A DNA stretch of 64,000 nt from Rebecca billardiae RCC1528 (GCA_965240325.2 OZ251234.1:310001-374000), one strand, 5' to 3'; shown: positions 25,204-37,704, counted from the stretch's first letter. The notes: generated by a model not told the origin, from the sequence alone. Numbers and translations: made by a program.

Positions 25204-26076
25204 ATGGCGTCGCCGTCGAGGCCAACTGCGACCACGCTAGTGCTGAGCGCGGCGCTCATAGGCGTGGCACTAGGCGGCCCGGCACCGCTGCGCATGCCGC
25301 GCGTCGGCCCGCCGACGCTCCCGGTCAGCTGGGCCAACCCCCTTGGCACGGCGCTCACGCAGGTGCGTGAGGACGTGTGGCTGGCCGAGCGCTCCTTCTA
25401 CCCGCGGCTCCCCGGGCTGCAGGGGACGGACGTGGGCGGGAAGATGGCGGTAATCCGACTCCCCGACGGCGCCCTCTGGGTGCACTCGCCCGTCGAGCTC
25501 GACGACGAGCTGCGCGCCGCGCTCGCCGAGCTCGGGCCCGTGCGGCACGTCGTCACGCCCAACACGGAGCACCAGAAGTATGCGGCGGACTGGATCCGGG
25601 CGTACCCCGACGCGATCAGCTACGCGTGCCCCGGCCTACGCGAACGCAAGCCCGAGGTGGGCTGGACGCGCTCCGTCGGTGGGCCGGCCGACCCGCCCCC
25701 CGAGTGGGACACCGGGGTGCTCGATCTGTGCTGGGTGGGCGCGGAGCGCGTGCCGCTGATCGGGAGCGAGCCGTTCTTCTCCGAGGTGGTCTTCTTCCAC
25801 CGGCCGAGCCGCGTGTTCGTGTGCTCCGACCTCTACTGGAACTACCCCTCCGGGCCGGACGTGCCCTTCTCCACGCGCGCGTGGAAGGGCGCGATGGACG
25901 TCATCTACAGACCCGTGTACAACCGGCTCCTGCGCGTGCAGCCCGCCTTCGACACGGACGTGTGGTCCAAGATCGGCCGCTGGGACATCGACTACATCGC
26001 GCCCTGCCACGGCGAGCCCGTCGCCGAGGACGCGCGGGGCGTCCTGGCGCGCCACCTCGGCTACGCCGCGCAGTGA
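25204..26076 (+). CDS. DUF4336-family (metallo-beta-lactamase-like fold) protein with N-terminal signal
   Basis: KMAVIRLPDGALWVHSPV..LGPVRHVVTPNTEH..FSEVVFFHRPSR..SDL..IAPCHG motifs. Confidence 0.85.
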   Translation: MASPSRPTATTLVLSAALIGVALGGPAPLRMPRVGPPTLPVSWANPLGTALTQVREDVWLAERSFYPRLPGLQGTDVGGKMAVIRLPDGALWVHSPVELDDELRAALAELGPVRHVVTPNTEHQKYAADWIRAYPDAISYACPGLRERKPEVGWTRSVGGPADPPPEWDTGVLDLCWVGAERVPLIGSEPFFSEVVFFHRPSRVFVCSDLYWNYPSGPDVPFSTRAWKGAMDVIYRPVYNRLLRVQPAFDTDVWSKIGRWDIDYIAPCHGEPVAEDARGVLARHLGYAAQ

Positions 26077-26362
26077 CCAAAGTTACCGCGGACGTCGAAG
26101 CGAACTGTGGCTACAGTCTTAGTGGCTGACTGTACCGTCGCCGTCCGGGAGTGATCTTAAGAGACTTGTTCAATCAAAGTCCGCCTCCTCACTCTCCTGG
26201 ACGCCTGCTGGCTGCTGGCGCTGATGGACCCTGCACCCGACTGAGGATGCTCCGAGATTTCAGCCTCATCACCGACCCTTGCCTGCACAGCCCGAACTCG
26301 GGCGCCGGCCTGACCGGGCCTGACCGGGTGGGTGCACACTGCACAGTGGACGATGCCGCACG

Positions 26363-27442
26363 ATGGCGGCTGCATTGTCCTCAGTCCTCACACATGGGGG
26401 ACCTGCTGCCCGTGCAGCCACGAGGCCTGACCGCGCCGGCACGCAGCGGTGTCGGGCGCTGCCGTGGCGCCTGCTTGCACTCGTTTCGGTGGCCCACCCA
26501 CTGGCGCGCGGCGCCGGCAGCGCCGACCCATCGCCCTGCCCGCCGCGCTTCTCGCACGCACGCAAGCCCGCCATCCCCAACGTCGTGCACCAGCCGTGGA
26601 TGGGCGGCGGCGATCTCCGCTGGAGCGAGGTGCTCGCGATGATGAGCGTGCGGTACGTGCTGCGCCCCGACGAGTACGTCGTCTACTTCGACCGCCTCCC
26701 GCGCCCCACGGAGACGTGGCGCTGCGCGGTCGGCCTCGCTGATCGGCTTGAGAAGCACACGCTGCCGCTCTCGATGCAGCTGGTGCACTGGCGGCCGGTG
26801 AGGGGCGGGTCGCACCGCTCGGACCAGATGCGCATCCACCTACTCGAGAAGCACGGCGGCATCTACCTCGACCACGACGCCTACGCCCTCGGCTCGTTCG
26901 ACGCGCTGCGACGGTGCGACGCAGACGTGATCGGCGGTTACGAGGCGTTTGTAGGCGTCGAGAAGATGAATAACGGCATTCTGCTCGCGCGCGCCGGCGC
27001 GCGCTTCTTCAAGCTGTGGCGGGACGCGTACCAGACCGAGTTCACGCTGGCCGAGTGGGACTACTCCTCCTGCGTCGTCCCCTTTCGGCTCGCCCAGGCG
27101 CACCCTGACTTGGCGCTGGCAGTCCGGGGCGGCGTGATCTCCCCCTTGCCCCTCGGCTTCAACTCGAGCGCAGAGCAGGCGGCGTACCTGCGCCGCGCCG
27201 CCGCGGTGCACATCACGGCGCTCCACCATTTCCGCGCCGAACAGATGGACCGCGACGGGGTGATGCTCGCCATCGCCGAGCGCATCCGAACAGCAGCGGC
27301 TCGCGCCGGCGTCGCGCAGCGCGGCGGCCGCCAGGCGAGACTGGCGCGGCCGCACCGCCTGCCCCCGCCGATCGATGCCGCGTACTGCCTACGCAGGGCC
27401 GCGGACTCCGTCGCCAACATGACGGCTTTATTGACGGCGTAG
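26363..27442 (+). CDS. GT32-like (DxD) glycosyltransferase, alpha-1,4-GlcNAc/mannosyltransferase-like
   Basis: IPNVVHQ..HRSDQMRIHLLEKHGGIYLDHD..NNGILLA motifs; N-terminal hydrophobic anchor. Confidence 0.85.
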   Translation: MAAALSSVLTHGGPAARAATRPDRAGTQRCRALPWRLLALVSVAHPLARGAGSADPSPCPPRFSHARKPAIPNVVHQPWMGGGDLRWSEVLAMMSVRYVLRPDEYVVYFDRLPRPTETWRCAVGLADRLEKHTLPLSMQLVHWRPVRGGSHRSDQMRIHLLEKHGGIYLDHDAYALGSFDALRRCDADVIGGYEAFVGVEKMNNGILLARAGARFFKLWRDAYQTEFTLAEWDYSSCVVPFRLAQAHPDLALAVRGGVISPLPLGFNSSAEQAAYLRRAAAVHITALHHFRAEQMDRDGVMLAIAERIRTAAARAGVAQRGGRQARLARPHRLPPPIDAAYCLRRAADSVANMTALLTA

Positions 27443-27996
27443 AAGGCGCCGGCGCCGCGAAGGCTGCGGCACCCCGTGCGAAGGCGGCGCCGCTGGCCGC
27501 GGCGCCCAGCGCGGGCCGAACTTCGTCTCGTACTAGGTGCCTTGAATCTTGCTGATAAGAAGTCGTAGCTAGATAGCTAGTGAGAACTCAGAATGGGGCG
27601 AACGATATGCATGCGCAGCCTCATTCTATGACTCAGCAGTCGGCTACTCAGAGTACTACGACTGGCACAATAACGCGGCCCGCCCTCGGACCCGGTCACG
27701 GTGCCGCCGGCGGTCAGCCCGTGGCCGTTATTAATTCGTTATGGCCCGCGGTGCAGGGCGGAGCGCGTAGCGTGGAGCCCCGCCGGGGGCCCTCACTACG
27801 TTGTCAAAAAGATCTTTTGATCAAAGAAAAGGGGATGGGGGACGATTTTGAGGGCTGTTGGAGGGTGAGTTTTCGACTTTTTGAGGGGGGGTATGCTGTC
27901 CATCACAGCTTAAATTGTTAAAAGGCCGCGCCCGCTGCAATTCTTGTATCTACTATGGACGGACGTGGGATCAGATACCCCGGGGGTGAAACAAGT

Positions 27997-28035
27997 GAGT
28001 ATTCCTACCCCTCTTCAAGAGGGGTAGGAATACTC
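27997..28035. repeat. Perfect 19-bp inverted repeat with 1-nt spacer
   Basis: gagtattcctacccctctt-c-aagaggggtaggaatactc. Confidence 0.95.
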
Positions 28036-28107
28036 TTGTATGCTGAAGTACGAGTTTGCCGAGCGACGTTTGATTGTTAATTTTGGGTCGAAAACAGCTA
28101 TGAGGCC

Positions 28108-28370
28108 AGATTCTGTTGAATAGTGCTTGTTCAAATACGTTACCCGCCTGCCTCGATGGATGAACCGCCTCGTCATATTAAAAGAGATTCTTTTCAATAG
28201 CGCTTGTCCAACCAAGTCACCCGTCTGCCTCGATGGATGAACCTCCTGAGTGTCATAATGAAGGCGCCGGGATTGTTTTGAATAGCGCTGGTTAAACCAA
28301 GTTACCCGCCTGCCTCGATGGATGAACCTCCTTTGCCATAATGAAATAAGAAAAACGGGTTACCCGCCCG
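28108..28370. repeat. Degenerate ~80-bp tandem repeat (3 copies plus a partial)
   Basis: Core GTTACCCGCCTGCCTCGATGGATGAACC at 28139, 28216 (two mismatches) and 28301; partial copy at 28359. Confidence 0.9.
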
Positions 28371-28569
28371 CCAGCGTCTCGCGACGAGGACGGGTGCCCA
28401 AGCGGCAAGCGCGCACATCATGATCATCGCCCGGTCCGGGCGGGCCCATCTTCGGCCGGCTCGAGCTGATGCACATCACGACGCTCAAGCAGGCGCTGTC
28501 CGTACCGACGTTGGCGCGCCTCCAGCGGATGGTCGACAAAGCACCCGTGGGCGAAGGAGGACCACAATC

Positions 28570-29600
28570 ATGGCCGAGTCATCGGAGACGTCGCTGACCT
28601 CGCGGCTTCAAACATCAACCGCTCAGCCTGTTAATGCCACCGCGGCCGAGCGGTGCGCGCTCGCCACCGCGGCCGGCGCTGTGCACGGGCGTGCTGAGCC
28701 CGGGCCGCGTGAGCTCGCCCACCTCGCCCGGCGCGCACGCCGACGCCGCCACCGCGGCTCGGCGGCCGGACTCATCTCGGCCCGCAGCGCGTGCGTCCCC
28801 CCGCGGCGGCGCGCGCCGCCGTCGCCGCCGCGCAGGCCGTGCACTCGGTGGATGAGGAGACGGCCCTGCTGCGCGCGGAGCGCTGCGCGCCGCGCGCTGC
28901 TCCTGCTGCGGCGCGCAGTAGTCCGCTCGTCCGCCCCGCGGGCTCGCCACGGAGCCGACGAGCGCGATGACGACAATCGAATGAGCACGAGTGCGCACGG
29001 AGGCGCTGGGCGCCGAGCTGGCGAAGCGCGGCGCCGAGCTCGACGCGCTGCGCGACGCGGCGACGGACGCGCTGGGCGCGCGCGGCGCCCTCGTCGCGAC
29101 GCCCCGTGCAGCAGCTCGAGCAGCCAGCTGTGGAGTAGACGGCCGTCGACTCGAGGGCGCCACCGCGCCGGGTGAGTGAGCACGCACGGGCTCCGCCTCG
29201 GTCGGAGGCTGGCTGGCCGCCGCCGTGGCTTCGAGGCCGACGCGGCGGAGGAGGCGGCGGGCGAGCACGGTGGCGCGGTGGAGCAGGCGCGCACGCGCGG
29301 CGGCAGGCGCGACCCGCCGCTCGCCTCGTTCCACCCCGAGCTCCGCTCGGTCTCGCCTCTCGGTGCGCGGCTGCGCAGCGCCGTGAGCGCAGGCTGGGCG
29401 GGCCGCTGGGGGGGGGGCCAGCAGAGTGGTGCGCGCTCTCGCTTTGCCGGCACGAGGCGCGCCGGCTGAGCGACCAGCGGCCCGTCGTCGAGCGCGTGGC
29501 GCAGCGCGAGCACCTCAAGGCAGGCTCGCCCTGCGCGCGCGCGCCGCTGCCCCGGCCGCCGTCCGTACTTCTTCGCGCGGGCCCGCGGCGACAGTCCTCA
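28570..29600 (+). pseudogene. Degenerate GC-rich gene fragment inside element copy 1
   Basis: Coding-like Ala/Glu/Leu stretches (EALGAELAKRGAELDALRDAA; RPVVERVAQREHLK) in different frames with donor-like gtgagtg sites; no continuous ORF. Confidence 0.4.
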
Positions 29601-30400
29601 TCGGCCCGCCATGTTGACCAGACTGAGACAGCAGCCGACGGAGGGTGCACCGCGGGCCCCTAACTACGTTGGTTCTACGGAAGGACCGCGGAACGCGGTC
29701 ATTATGTCAGTATTTAGACAGCAGTAGTAACCGCTTATAAACGGCTGACAGACGCCACTCGCGGCTGACTGCCTTGACGATGATGCTGCTGCTATATATA
29801 GTAGCAGGCTACTACCAGCATAGAGACTATCCGGGACACAGGCATCACCTCGGCGAGACCGAGTACCGCTGTACCGACTCGCGCGCGCGGTAGACGGACC
29901 GACGAACCGTCGTACGACGGAGACGATCGCGCGCTAAGTAAGTTACTAAGTTGCCAGCATTCGCGGACGCGCGCTGTGACGATGTCTACTGATGATCGAT
30001 ATATATATCGATATATCCGCGCAGTACCGGCCGCGTGACCAGGGACGCGGACCGCATTGCCTGCGGGCCTGCGGCCGCCCGTGGGCGGGCGTGGCGGGCC
30101 TGCTGGCGCCATCGGATCAGACATCAGTACGTCGGATCAGATGTCGTCACATATCGTCGACGTCGTCATCGCCTGTCGATCACGACGGGCCTCCCGCGGC
30201 TCATCCGCGTCTATGGCTATAGCGTCTGACGGGGCCGCGGGCGGTACGGGTACTAGTCGCGCCGGGCTGGCGAGCAGTCATCTGCCACTCATCCCGGCGG
30301 CGATGACGATCCGCGACGACGAACGCGACGCGATCGACCGACACTGACGCGGCACGAGCCACAAGCCACGACGCCCATGCACGTGTGCGATGCAGATGAG

Positions 30401-32452
30401 TCAGTAAAGCAGCGGGTCGATGCCACCGCTCGCCTGCAGCTGCTCCCGCTGCATGGTCGAGATCTCGCGATTCGCCGCAGCGCGATCCTCCCACGACAGC
30501 TCGTGGTACCTGCGCGCGCACGCGAGGAGCCAGAAGGATCGGGGTCCGCCGGGGCACGCACGATGCCGTGTGGAGACAGCAAGTTCAACGGAGTAGAAGA
30601 GGAGCGCGGGCGCGTCGCACCGCGCGAGCACATTGTGCGGTCGCGGAGCGCGAGCAGAACGCGCATGCGGCGCTCACCGTCGCCCGTGCGCCTTTTCCCA
30701 CGCCTTGACTGCCTTGACAGAATGCTGCCTGGGCTCGTATGCCTGCGCGCGCGGCCGATCACAGACGGGATGGGTCGTAAGGCGCGGGTGCCTTCACGCA
30801 TGTCGGCGCGAGGAGGCCGGTGCCGGGGCCCCCACAGAGGCGCGTTCGCGTCGCGGGCGAGCAGGCGCAGAGCGACGCACCGGCTTGGGCGCGAATTTGG
30901 AGTTGTGCTGGCGGAGAAGGTTGATCAGGTCGTCGTCAAGCAGCTCGTCTTTCGCCGCCGCCTTGCCGCTGCCGCCTGCTGCGCCGCTCCTGCTGCCGCC
31001 GCCCTTGCCTGCCGCCGGGGCCGCCGGGGCTTGCCGCGCGCTCCGCGGCTGCGCGCTGTTGGCGGCGGCCGCGCCCGCGGGCGGTGCCCTTGACGCCGCG
31101 GGCGGCTGCGATGGCAGCGGAGCAGGCTTGCGAGAGGCATGCGATGATGGCTCTGCAGCCAATCTGCGCCGCTGCGTGAGCGGGCGCTCCGCCCTGTCCG
31201 GTGTGGCGCTCGGCTCGTCCACCTGCTGCGCGCTCGCGCCGGGCGGCGGCGGCGCGCTCGGCGGCGGCGCACTCGGCGCCGCTCGTCGCTTTCCCACCTC
31301 GACGCCGTGCGCCTGATCGCGCTTGATCTCGCGCTGGCGGAGCACGCGCACGTTATGGCTGTGCAGCATGGCCCGCAGCTGCGCCTCGTCGTCCGCATCG
31401 CCGCTCTCGCCGCGCCCTTTCGCCGCCGCTGCCGCGGCCGTCGCTGGCCGCGCGGCGCGCGCGCGCGCGCCGTCAGCAAGCCCGCTCCGCGTCGCTGTCC
31501 TGCGCGCCGCAGGCCCCATCCGCGCATCGCGCGCGGGCCTCACGCCGCGCGCCGCGGGCGCTGTCTCCTCCCCAGCAGCCGCCACGCGCTCGGCCGGGGC
31601 GGCCGCGGCCACGGGGGAGGGCGCGACGCGCTCGGCGGTGTGGGCGGCCAGCGCGGCGGCCACCCGCCGCGTGGTCGGCGTACCTCGAGCCGGAGGAGCG
31701 TGGCCGCCGGTCGTCGCGCCGAGGGCGGGCGCAGCGTCGGGCTCGGCCTTTGCGCCACCGTGGACATCGTCGCCAGCGCCGCCTCGAGCCTGCCGTCGCA
31801 CCTTTTGGTTGTGCTCGACCAGCAAGCGGCGCAGGTCAGCGTCGACGAGGCTTGGAGGCCGACCGCGCTTGCCGTGCTGAGGCGCCGAGGCCGCGGCCGT
31901 GGCGCCGTGCTCGCCGACGTTGAGCTGAGCGCTCCGCTGCGTCGTGAGCGGCTTTCGACGCACGACCGTGCCGGTCGGGCCCGTGTCACCCGCCGGCACG
32001 TCTGCCAGCGCGGGCGACCGGTCGGCGGCCTTGCCGCGCCGAACGGTGCACGGGCCGGGCGTGCAGCGGTCGGCGTTGTCCGCATCTGCGTGCTCGTCGC
32101 CACCGTCGTCGTCTGCGCAGGGCTCAAAGGGCTGCTCCCCAAGCGCGTCGTCGAGCTCGTCCAAAAGCCGGCGCGGGGGCGGCCGTGGTCCTGGCGGCTC
32201 ATGGCTCGGGTGGAACACGTCAAAGAATGCGTCGCTCCCGTCGTCGTACTGCACCTGCGCGTCGGCGGCGAGGTCGTAGTACTCATGGGGCGCGTCGAAC
32301 TCGAGGACCTCGAGCCCGGCGAGGACCTCCTCGAGCCCCGGGTCGTCGACTCCGAAGGCCGCTGGGTGCGCCCAGCACTCCATGGGCGAGGGCGCTGCCC
32401 GCGTCGGGCGGGCGCGAGAGGGCAGGTTGCTCAGTGCCTCAGTCGCTTGCAT
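30401..32452 (-). CDS. Hypothetical protein with three L-x-x-LL-x-x-HN-type helices and a compact C-terminal domain; introns 30743-30880, 30510-30677
   Basis: Splicing yields HNSKFAPKP-AYEPRQHSVKAVKAWEKAHGR-RYHELSWEDRAAANREI...LLY*. Start could be 32452 or 32383. Confidence 0.7.
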
Positions 32453-32766
32453 TGAAAATGGCGGAGCGTTTCGGCCTTCGACTGCCCAGGAAGGAGGTCT
32501 GCACCGTCCACCGGACGCACGAGCAGGACCATTAATATTCCGCGCGGGAATTCGTCAAAACGCCAAATTGCACCGTCCACTACCTACCGTCGTCAGGAAT
32601 CCGTTGGGCAGGAATGCGCGGACTCACGAATCACGCCCGGGCTGTACGCGATCAGGCGCTCTCCGTCATACGCATTCATCATCATGTCATGCAGCTCATG
32701 TATCATCATACAACCCTGCCTGTGGGCGTCGGTACAAACAAAACGTGTTACAGCCTCGCCGGCCTC

Positions 32767-34222
32767 TCACGAGCCCGCCGGCGCCGAGCCCTCTGGCCTG
32801 GTGGGCACGTTGTCAATGAGCGTGCTGTCACACGAGAGCAGCCAGCAATCGGAGCGGCCGCGGTGCACCTCGCGCTCGCCCTCGCCCGCGCGGTTGTAGT
32901 CGCGGCCGCCGAGCACGAGCACGCCCATCTTGCCCTCGCACGCGGCGACAACCGCGCCGTGCGAGCCGCGCGCACTGGGCACCTCGCTGCTGCCCTTCGC
33001 CGCCGCGGGCTCCAGCGCCTCGAACGTCCACGTGCGCGTGTCCACCGCAAAGACCTCGTCGCAGTCCGCCTCCATGTGCTCCTGCCCGTCGAAGTAGAGG
33101 ATGCCGCCGCCGAAGAAGAGCAGCCGGTGCGAGCCGAGGGCGACGCACGAGTGCGCGCCGCGCGGCAGCGGCTCGGGCCCGTCGAGCTTGAGCCGCGTCC
33201 ACGAGAAGTTCGTCGCGTCGAGCGTGTACATGTCCGCGCGGTTGTAGCACCACTCGCCCGAGAGCCGCGGGCAGCCGTCGCGCCACGTCGACACGTAGCC
33301 GCCGTACAGCACAAACGTGTTGCCGTCGCCCGAGGGGATCGGCGCCATCGAGTGGCGGTAGCGCGCGCACGGGAGCGAGCCGCTCGCCTTGGGCTTGCTC
33401 CACTCGTCCGACTCGGTGCTGTACTGCAGCAGCTCGTCCGTCACCTTGAACTCGCAGCCCCACCAGCAGCCGCCAAAGACGACGAGCCGGCGGTCGGCGG
33501 TCGCGACGCACTGGTGGGCAGCGCCAGCGGGCGGTGCGGGAGGGGCGGGCGAAGAGTGAGCGGCGGGAGCCGGCGCGGCGCGACGGGCTCGGCGGCGCGG
33601 CGCACGCGGAGCCGCGCGTGCCCGCGCGCGCGCGCACCGTGTGCCCCAGGTAGTTCCAGTCCTCCGGCTGCGAGAGCTGGCGCCACGTGAGCAGCTCGAG
33701 GTCGAGCGAGTGCATCTCGCCCGTGCCCGGGATGGAGTCCGAGCCGCCGCCGAGGACGTACATGTGGCCCTCGCTCACGACGGCCGTGTGAGCGCGCTTC
33801 GGGGACGGACGCTGCCCGTGCGAGGCGTCCGGGAGCCACTGCATGGTCTTGAGCGACAGCGTCGCGACGTCGTTGAGGTACTCCGGGCCGTGCCGGCCGC
33901 CAAACACGACGACGTGGTCCTTGTACACGACGGTGGAGTGCGCGAAGCGCGGGCGGTCGAGCTCGGGGGCGTTGCACCACTCGAGACGCGGCTTCACCGC
34001 GTGCAGCGACTTGAACATCTCGCGCCAGTGCACGTCCTGCTTGAGGAGCGCGCGCTGGTTGCTCGGGAGGATCTCGAGGATGCGCGCGCGCACGGCCTCC
34101 GTCACGGCGGCGTGGGCTTCGGTGCAGACGAGCTCGAAGGCGCGGAGGCCCTTCACGTCCACGAACGAGAGAACCACCTCGAGCGGGAAGCAGTGGTCGA
34201 GGAGGAGCGGCGGCATCATCAT
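32767..34222 (-). CDS. F-box-like / Kelch-repeat protein; intron 33511-33637
   Basis: N-terminal LEVVLSFVDVKGLRAFELVC. Repeats of R..H(S/T)..VVFGG..W (PRFAHS, KRAHT, ARYRHS, PRGAHS, ARGSHG). The splice joins GHT-CVATADRRLVVFGG. Confidence 0.88.
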
Positions 34223-35813
34223 CGGCGACGAAGGGAGCGGTCGGTGAGAGAACGACGGGGCACCTGCCACACCACTTGCCTGCGAACTGCACAACACTTT
34301 TTGCCGCTTGCGCCGCTGAGAACCTTGGCAAAGATGCACGCCTCTCCGACCTCGAATCCATGAGATTCATGGCTGCGCATCTAATTGGCTGCGCATCTAA
34401 CGAACGCGATCGAACCCAACGAGCATGACTTCATCAAAGTCTCGTGAATGACCGAGATGATTCATGCGGGTAAATGCGGTCTACTGTACGGACTACAGAA
34501 GCACATGCTACTAATACCGTATTTGATTGAGCGCCATCGAGAGTGACGAGAGAATCCAAAGTTCTGGAAGCTCGAAGGGCCGAAACACATGGCCGCCGTC
34601 CGTCCGGGGGTGGAATCTGGACAGCGCGCCAAGAAGTTGCAGGCCATGATGGAGCGGCAGCGCGCGAACTGCAGTGCGGGGTGAAACGTAGAGAAAACGT
34701 AGGGGTCCAGGTCCCGACCGAGTGAGTACCGCGCGCGCGTAAAGGTTGAGGCGCCTACGCTGCCGCTTAGCGCAGCGATGCCCGATCCTGCTCGGGGCAG
34801 TGCTGATGACAATGTGCTGCGTGAGTTTTGGCTAGATACAGTAGCACGCAGGGCCCGTTCTAACGAGCGTATGGTGCGACTAGTGGGTGATAGTGGCAAT
34901 GCCTTGCGACCACATCGTCCTGAGAGATTGAATGAACGCCCACCGGCACCGTGCTTACGCCGTTTCCGTCAGCCGGCCCGCGACGCGGGTCGCGACACCG
35001 ACGGCCGCACCGACACCGCGTCTAGTGAGCGGAGCGGTTCAACTTCACAGCGTCGCTTAGCCGGAGCGGGCGCCGAATCGGCGGCGGCATGCCGTCTCAA
35101 TAGGTGAATGTCAGAGCCGTGAGTATATATATATGTCTAGCCGTCCTCGCGAACGCCGACGCCAACTGCTGGCCGAAGGTGGGCACGCCGCCTGGCATGT
35201 CGATGCCGAGGCGGCTGCCTGTGTTCCTACTCGTTGCTTACCGCCGAAAGATGTTGCCGAAAGATGTTGGTCGGTGCACGCGACGCGCCACCCGCGTGCG
35301 AGCCGCAGCCGCCGGCGACGCAGGACGCGACATGGCTGGATGCCCGCGCCACGGCCTGCAGAGCCCGAGAAGCCGATGATGGCGATCGGAGATCTTTGGC
35401 CGGTAACAGAAAATGCCGGACGGACTGTTTGTCCGGGAGCAGCTCGTTGAGGCCATGGTCCGGTAGAGGGCGATGGAGCTGATGAGCGGCGCCGCCGCCT
35501 GGCGTCCGTGTGGCGTGTCGTCCTCTTATAGACAATCAGTTATTGTAGACCAATATATAACCCCACCGATATATTGATATAAAGTGAGTCAGTGACGACA
35601 GTAGTTGTCGCGGCGGATTCTGCCAACGGTCGTTGCTGCCGACATACCGCGCATAAGTGTCGCATATTACGTCATCAAGTGTCGAGCGGCCGCGTGACGC
35701 GCGCATCTCATCCGCCACATCATCTGCGATCAGTGTGCGCAGCATGCCGTGCCACGTCACTGGCGGAGCAAGGCATCCGCAGTGGAGGAGCAGCCCGGAA
35801 CGGCCACACCGAC

Positions 35814-37704
35814 TCATCGCAAGAACTGGTGGTACACCGGATTCTTGCTCTCGCACGAGTACTTGTACCCGAGCCGCTTGAGCGAGAGGCGGAAGTCCTC
35901 GCGCTCGGGCTCGGGCACCTGCAGCCCGACGAGCACCTCGCCCACATCGGACGCGCCGCACGAGCGGTAGTGGAAGAGCGAGATGTTCCAGTTCCCGCTC
36001 AGGCTGGAGAGGAACTTGAGCAGCGCGCCTGGCCGCTCCGGGAACTCGAAGCGGTAGATGAGTTCGTGCTCGACGTCCGCGGCGCGCCCGCCGCACAGGT
36101 AGCGCACGTGCGACTTGGCGAGCTCGTTGTCCACCAGGTCGGTGCAGTCGTAGCCCTCGCTGCGCATCTGGTCGAGCACGACGCAGTGCGACTCGCGCAT
36201 CGCTGAGCGCTGGAACCCGACGAACACCTTCGCGCTCCGCGAGCGGTCGTCGTTGTACCGGTACGACAGCTCGGTCACGTTGCGCGGGTGGATGCACTTC
36301 TCGTACATGGTGAGCAGCGCGTTGGGACGCTCGGGCAGCGAGACCGAGATGAGCGCCTCGGTCGAGTCGGCACGCTCAGCGACGAAGCGCAGCCGGTCGA
36401 AGTCGACGTTCGCGCCGGAGGTGGTCGCGACGAACGTGCAGTCGCGCGAGCCCGTCCGCTCGATGAACTTCTTCACGCCCGCGACCGCGAGCGCGCCCGC
36501 CGGCTCCTGGATCGTGCGCGTGTCGTTGAAGATGTCCTTGATCGCGGCGCACACCTGCGCCACGCGCGCATCGCGGCGAGGTCGCACCGGCGGCGGGGCG
36601 CGGCAGGGTGGGGCGGCGCGTATGGGGCGCGTGCGCGGGAGCATATGCTACGCCACACCGCCCTCGCCGGCGACGCGCACGTGCGCGGGCGTATCTCCGG
36701 CGGCGGGCGGCCGCGATGACACCGCGCCGCGCGCGCGCCGCGCAGCGCCGGTCGGCGCGCACCTCGTCGTTCGAGACGGTGACCATGTCGTCGACGAGCG
36801 CGGAGCACACGCGGAACGTCTCCTGACCGACCGTGCGCACGGCCGCGCCGTCGACGAAGAGCCCGACGCTGTCCAGCGTCACCGGCTTGCCCGCGCGCAG
36901 GCTCGTGGTCATGCCAGCCGCCTCCTCCGCCTCCACTCCCACCACCATCGTCGACGGCCGCACGCGCTTCACGTATGCGGCGATGCCGGCGAGCATGCCG
37001 CCGCCGCCGCAGCAGACGAAGATGGCGTCGAGCGGCTTGCCGGTCGTCTGCTTGCAGATCTCCATGCCGATCGTGCCCTGCCCCGCGATCACCAGCGGGT
37101 CGTCGAACGGGTGGATGAGCGCACCGCCCATCTCCGACACGATCCGCTTCGCCTCCGCCTGCGCCTCGTCGTAGTTGAGGCCGTGGAGCACGACGCGCGA
37201 GCCGGGCGTGCCGCGGGCGAGGAGCTTCGAGACTGCGTTCACCTTGATCGACGGCGTCCCCGTCGGCATCACGATCGTCGCGTCGATCCCGAGGCTGACC
37301 GCGGAGAGCGCGACGCCCTGCGCATGGTTGCCCGCCGAGCATGCGACCACGCCGCGCCGCAGCTGCTCGCCTGGCAGCTGCGAGATCTTGTTGTACGCGC
37401 CTCGGATCTTGAAGGAGTGCACCGAGTGCACGTCCTCCCGCTTGAGCAGGATCGTGTTGCCATGCTCGGCCGAGAGCGTCTCGGCGCGCTGCAGCGGCGT
37501 CTCCTCCACGATCTCGTACACGCGCGCGTTAAGGATCTTGCCGAGGTAGTTGTACGCCTCGGGCCGGGTCGCGTCCCAGCTGGAGGAGGCCGGACCGACG
37601 ACGGGGGGGCGCGTAAGCAATGATGGTGTCTGCACGCGCACCCCACTGTGCTCCACCGCGGACGAGAGCGCTCGACGCATGGACCAAGCCGCCGCCGGCC
37701 GCAT
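35814..37704 (-). CDS. ilvA: Biosynthetic threonine dehydratase (PLP, two ACT-like regulatory domains); intron 36555-36762
   Basis: KREDVHSVHSFKIRGAYN, CSAGNHAQGVA, HPFDDP.VIAGQGT, EPAGALAVAG, SGANVDFDRLRFVAER, FEFPERPGALLKFL..WNISLFHYR. Confidence 0.96.

Larger units (their letters stand above)
27739..29705. mobile_element. Non-autonomous rolling-circle-type (Helentron/HINE-like) element, copy 1
   Basis: Left end TTAT-GGCCCGCGGTGCA. Its inverse TGCACCGCGGGCC lies at 29646-29658, followed by hairpin GACCGCG-gaa-CGCGGTC (29684-29700) and A-TTAT. Both ends are shared with 43784-45080. Confidence 0.7.

Noticed and set aside
28139-28370. CRISPR-like 28-bp repeats with spacers
   Set aside because: The spacers are homologous to each other and uneven in length, there are no cas genes, and the context is eukaryotic; this is a degenerate tandem repeat.
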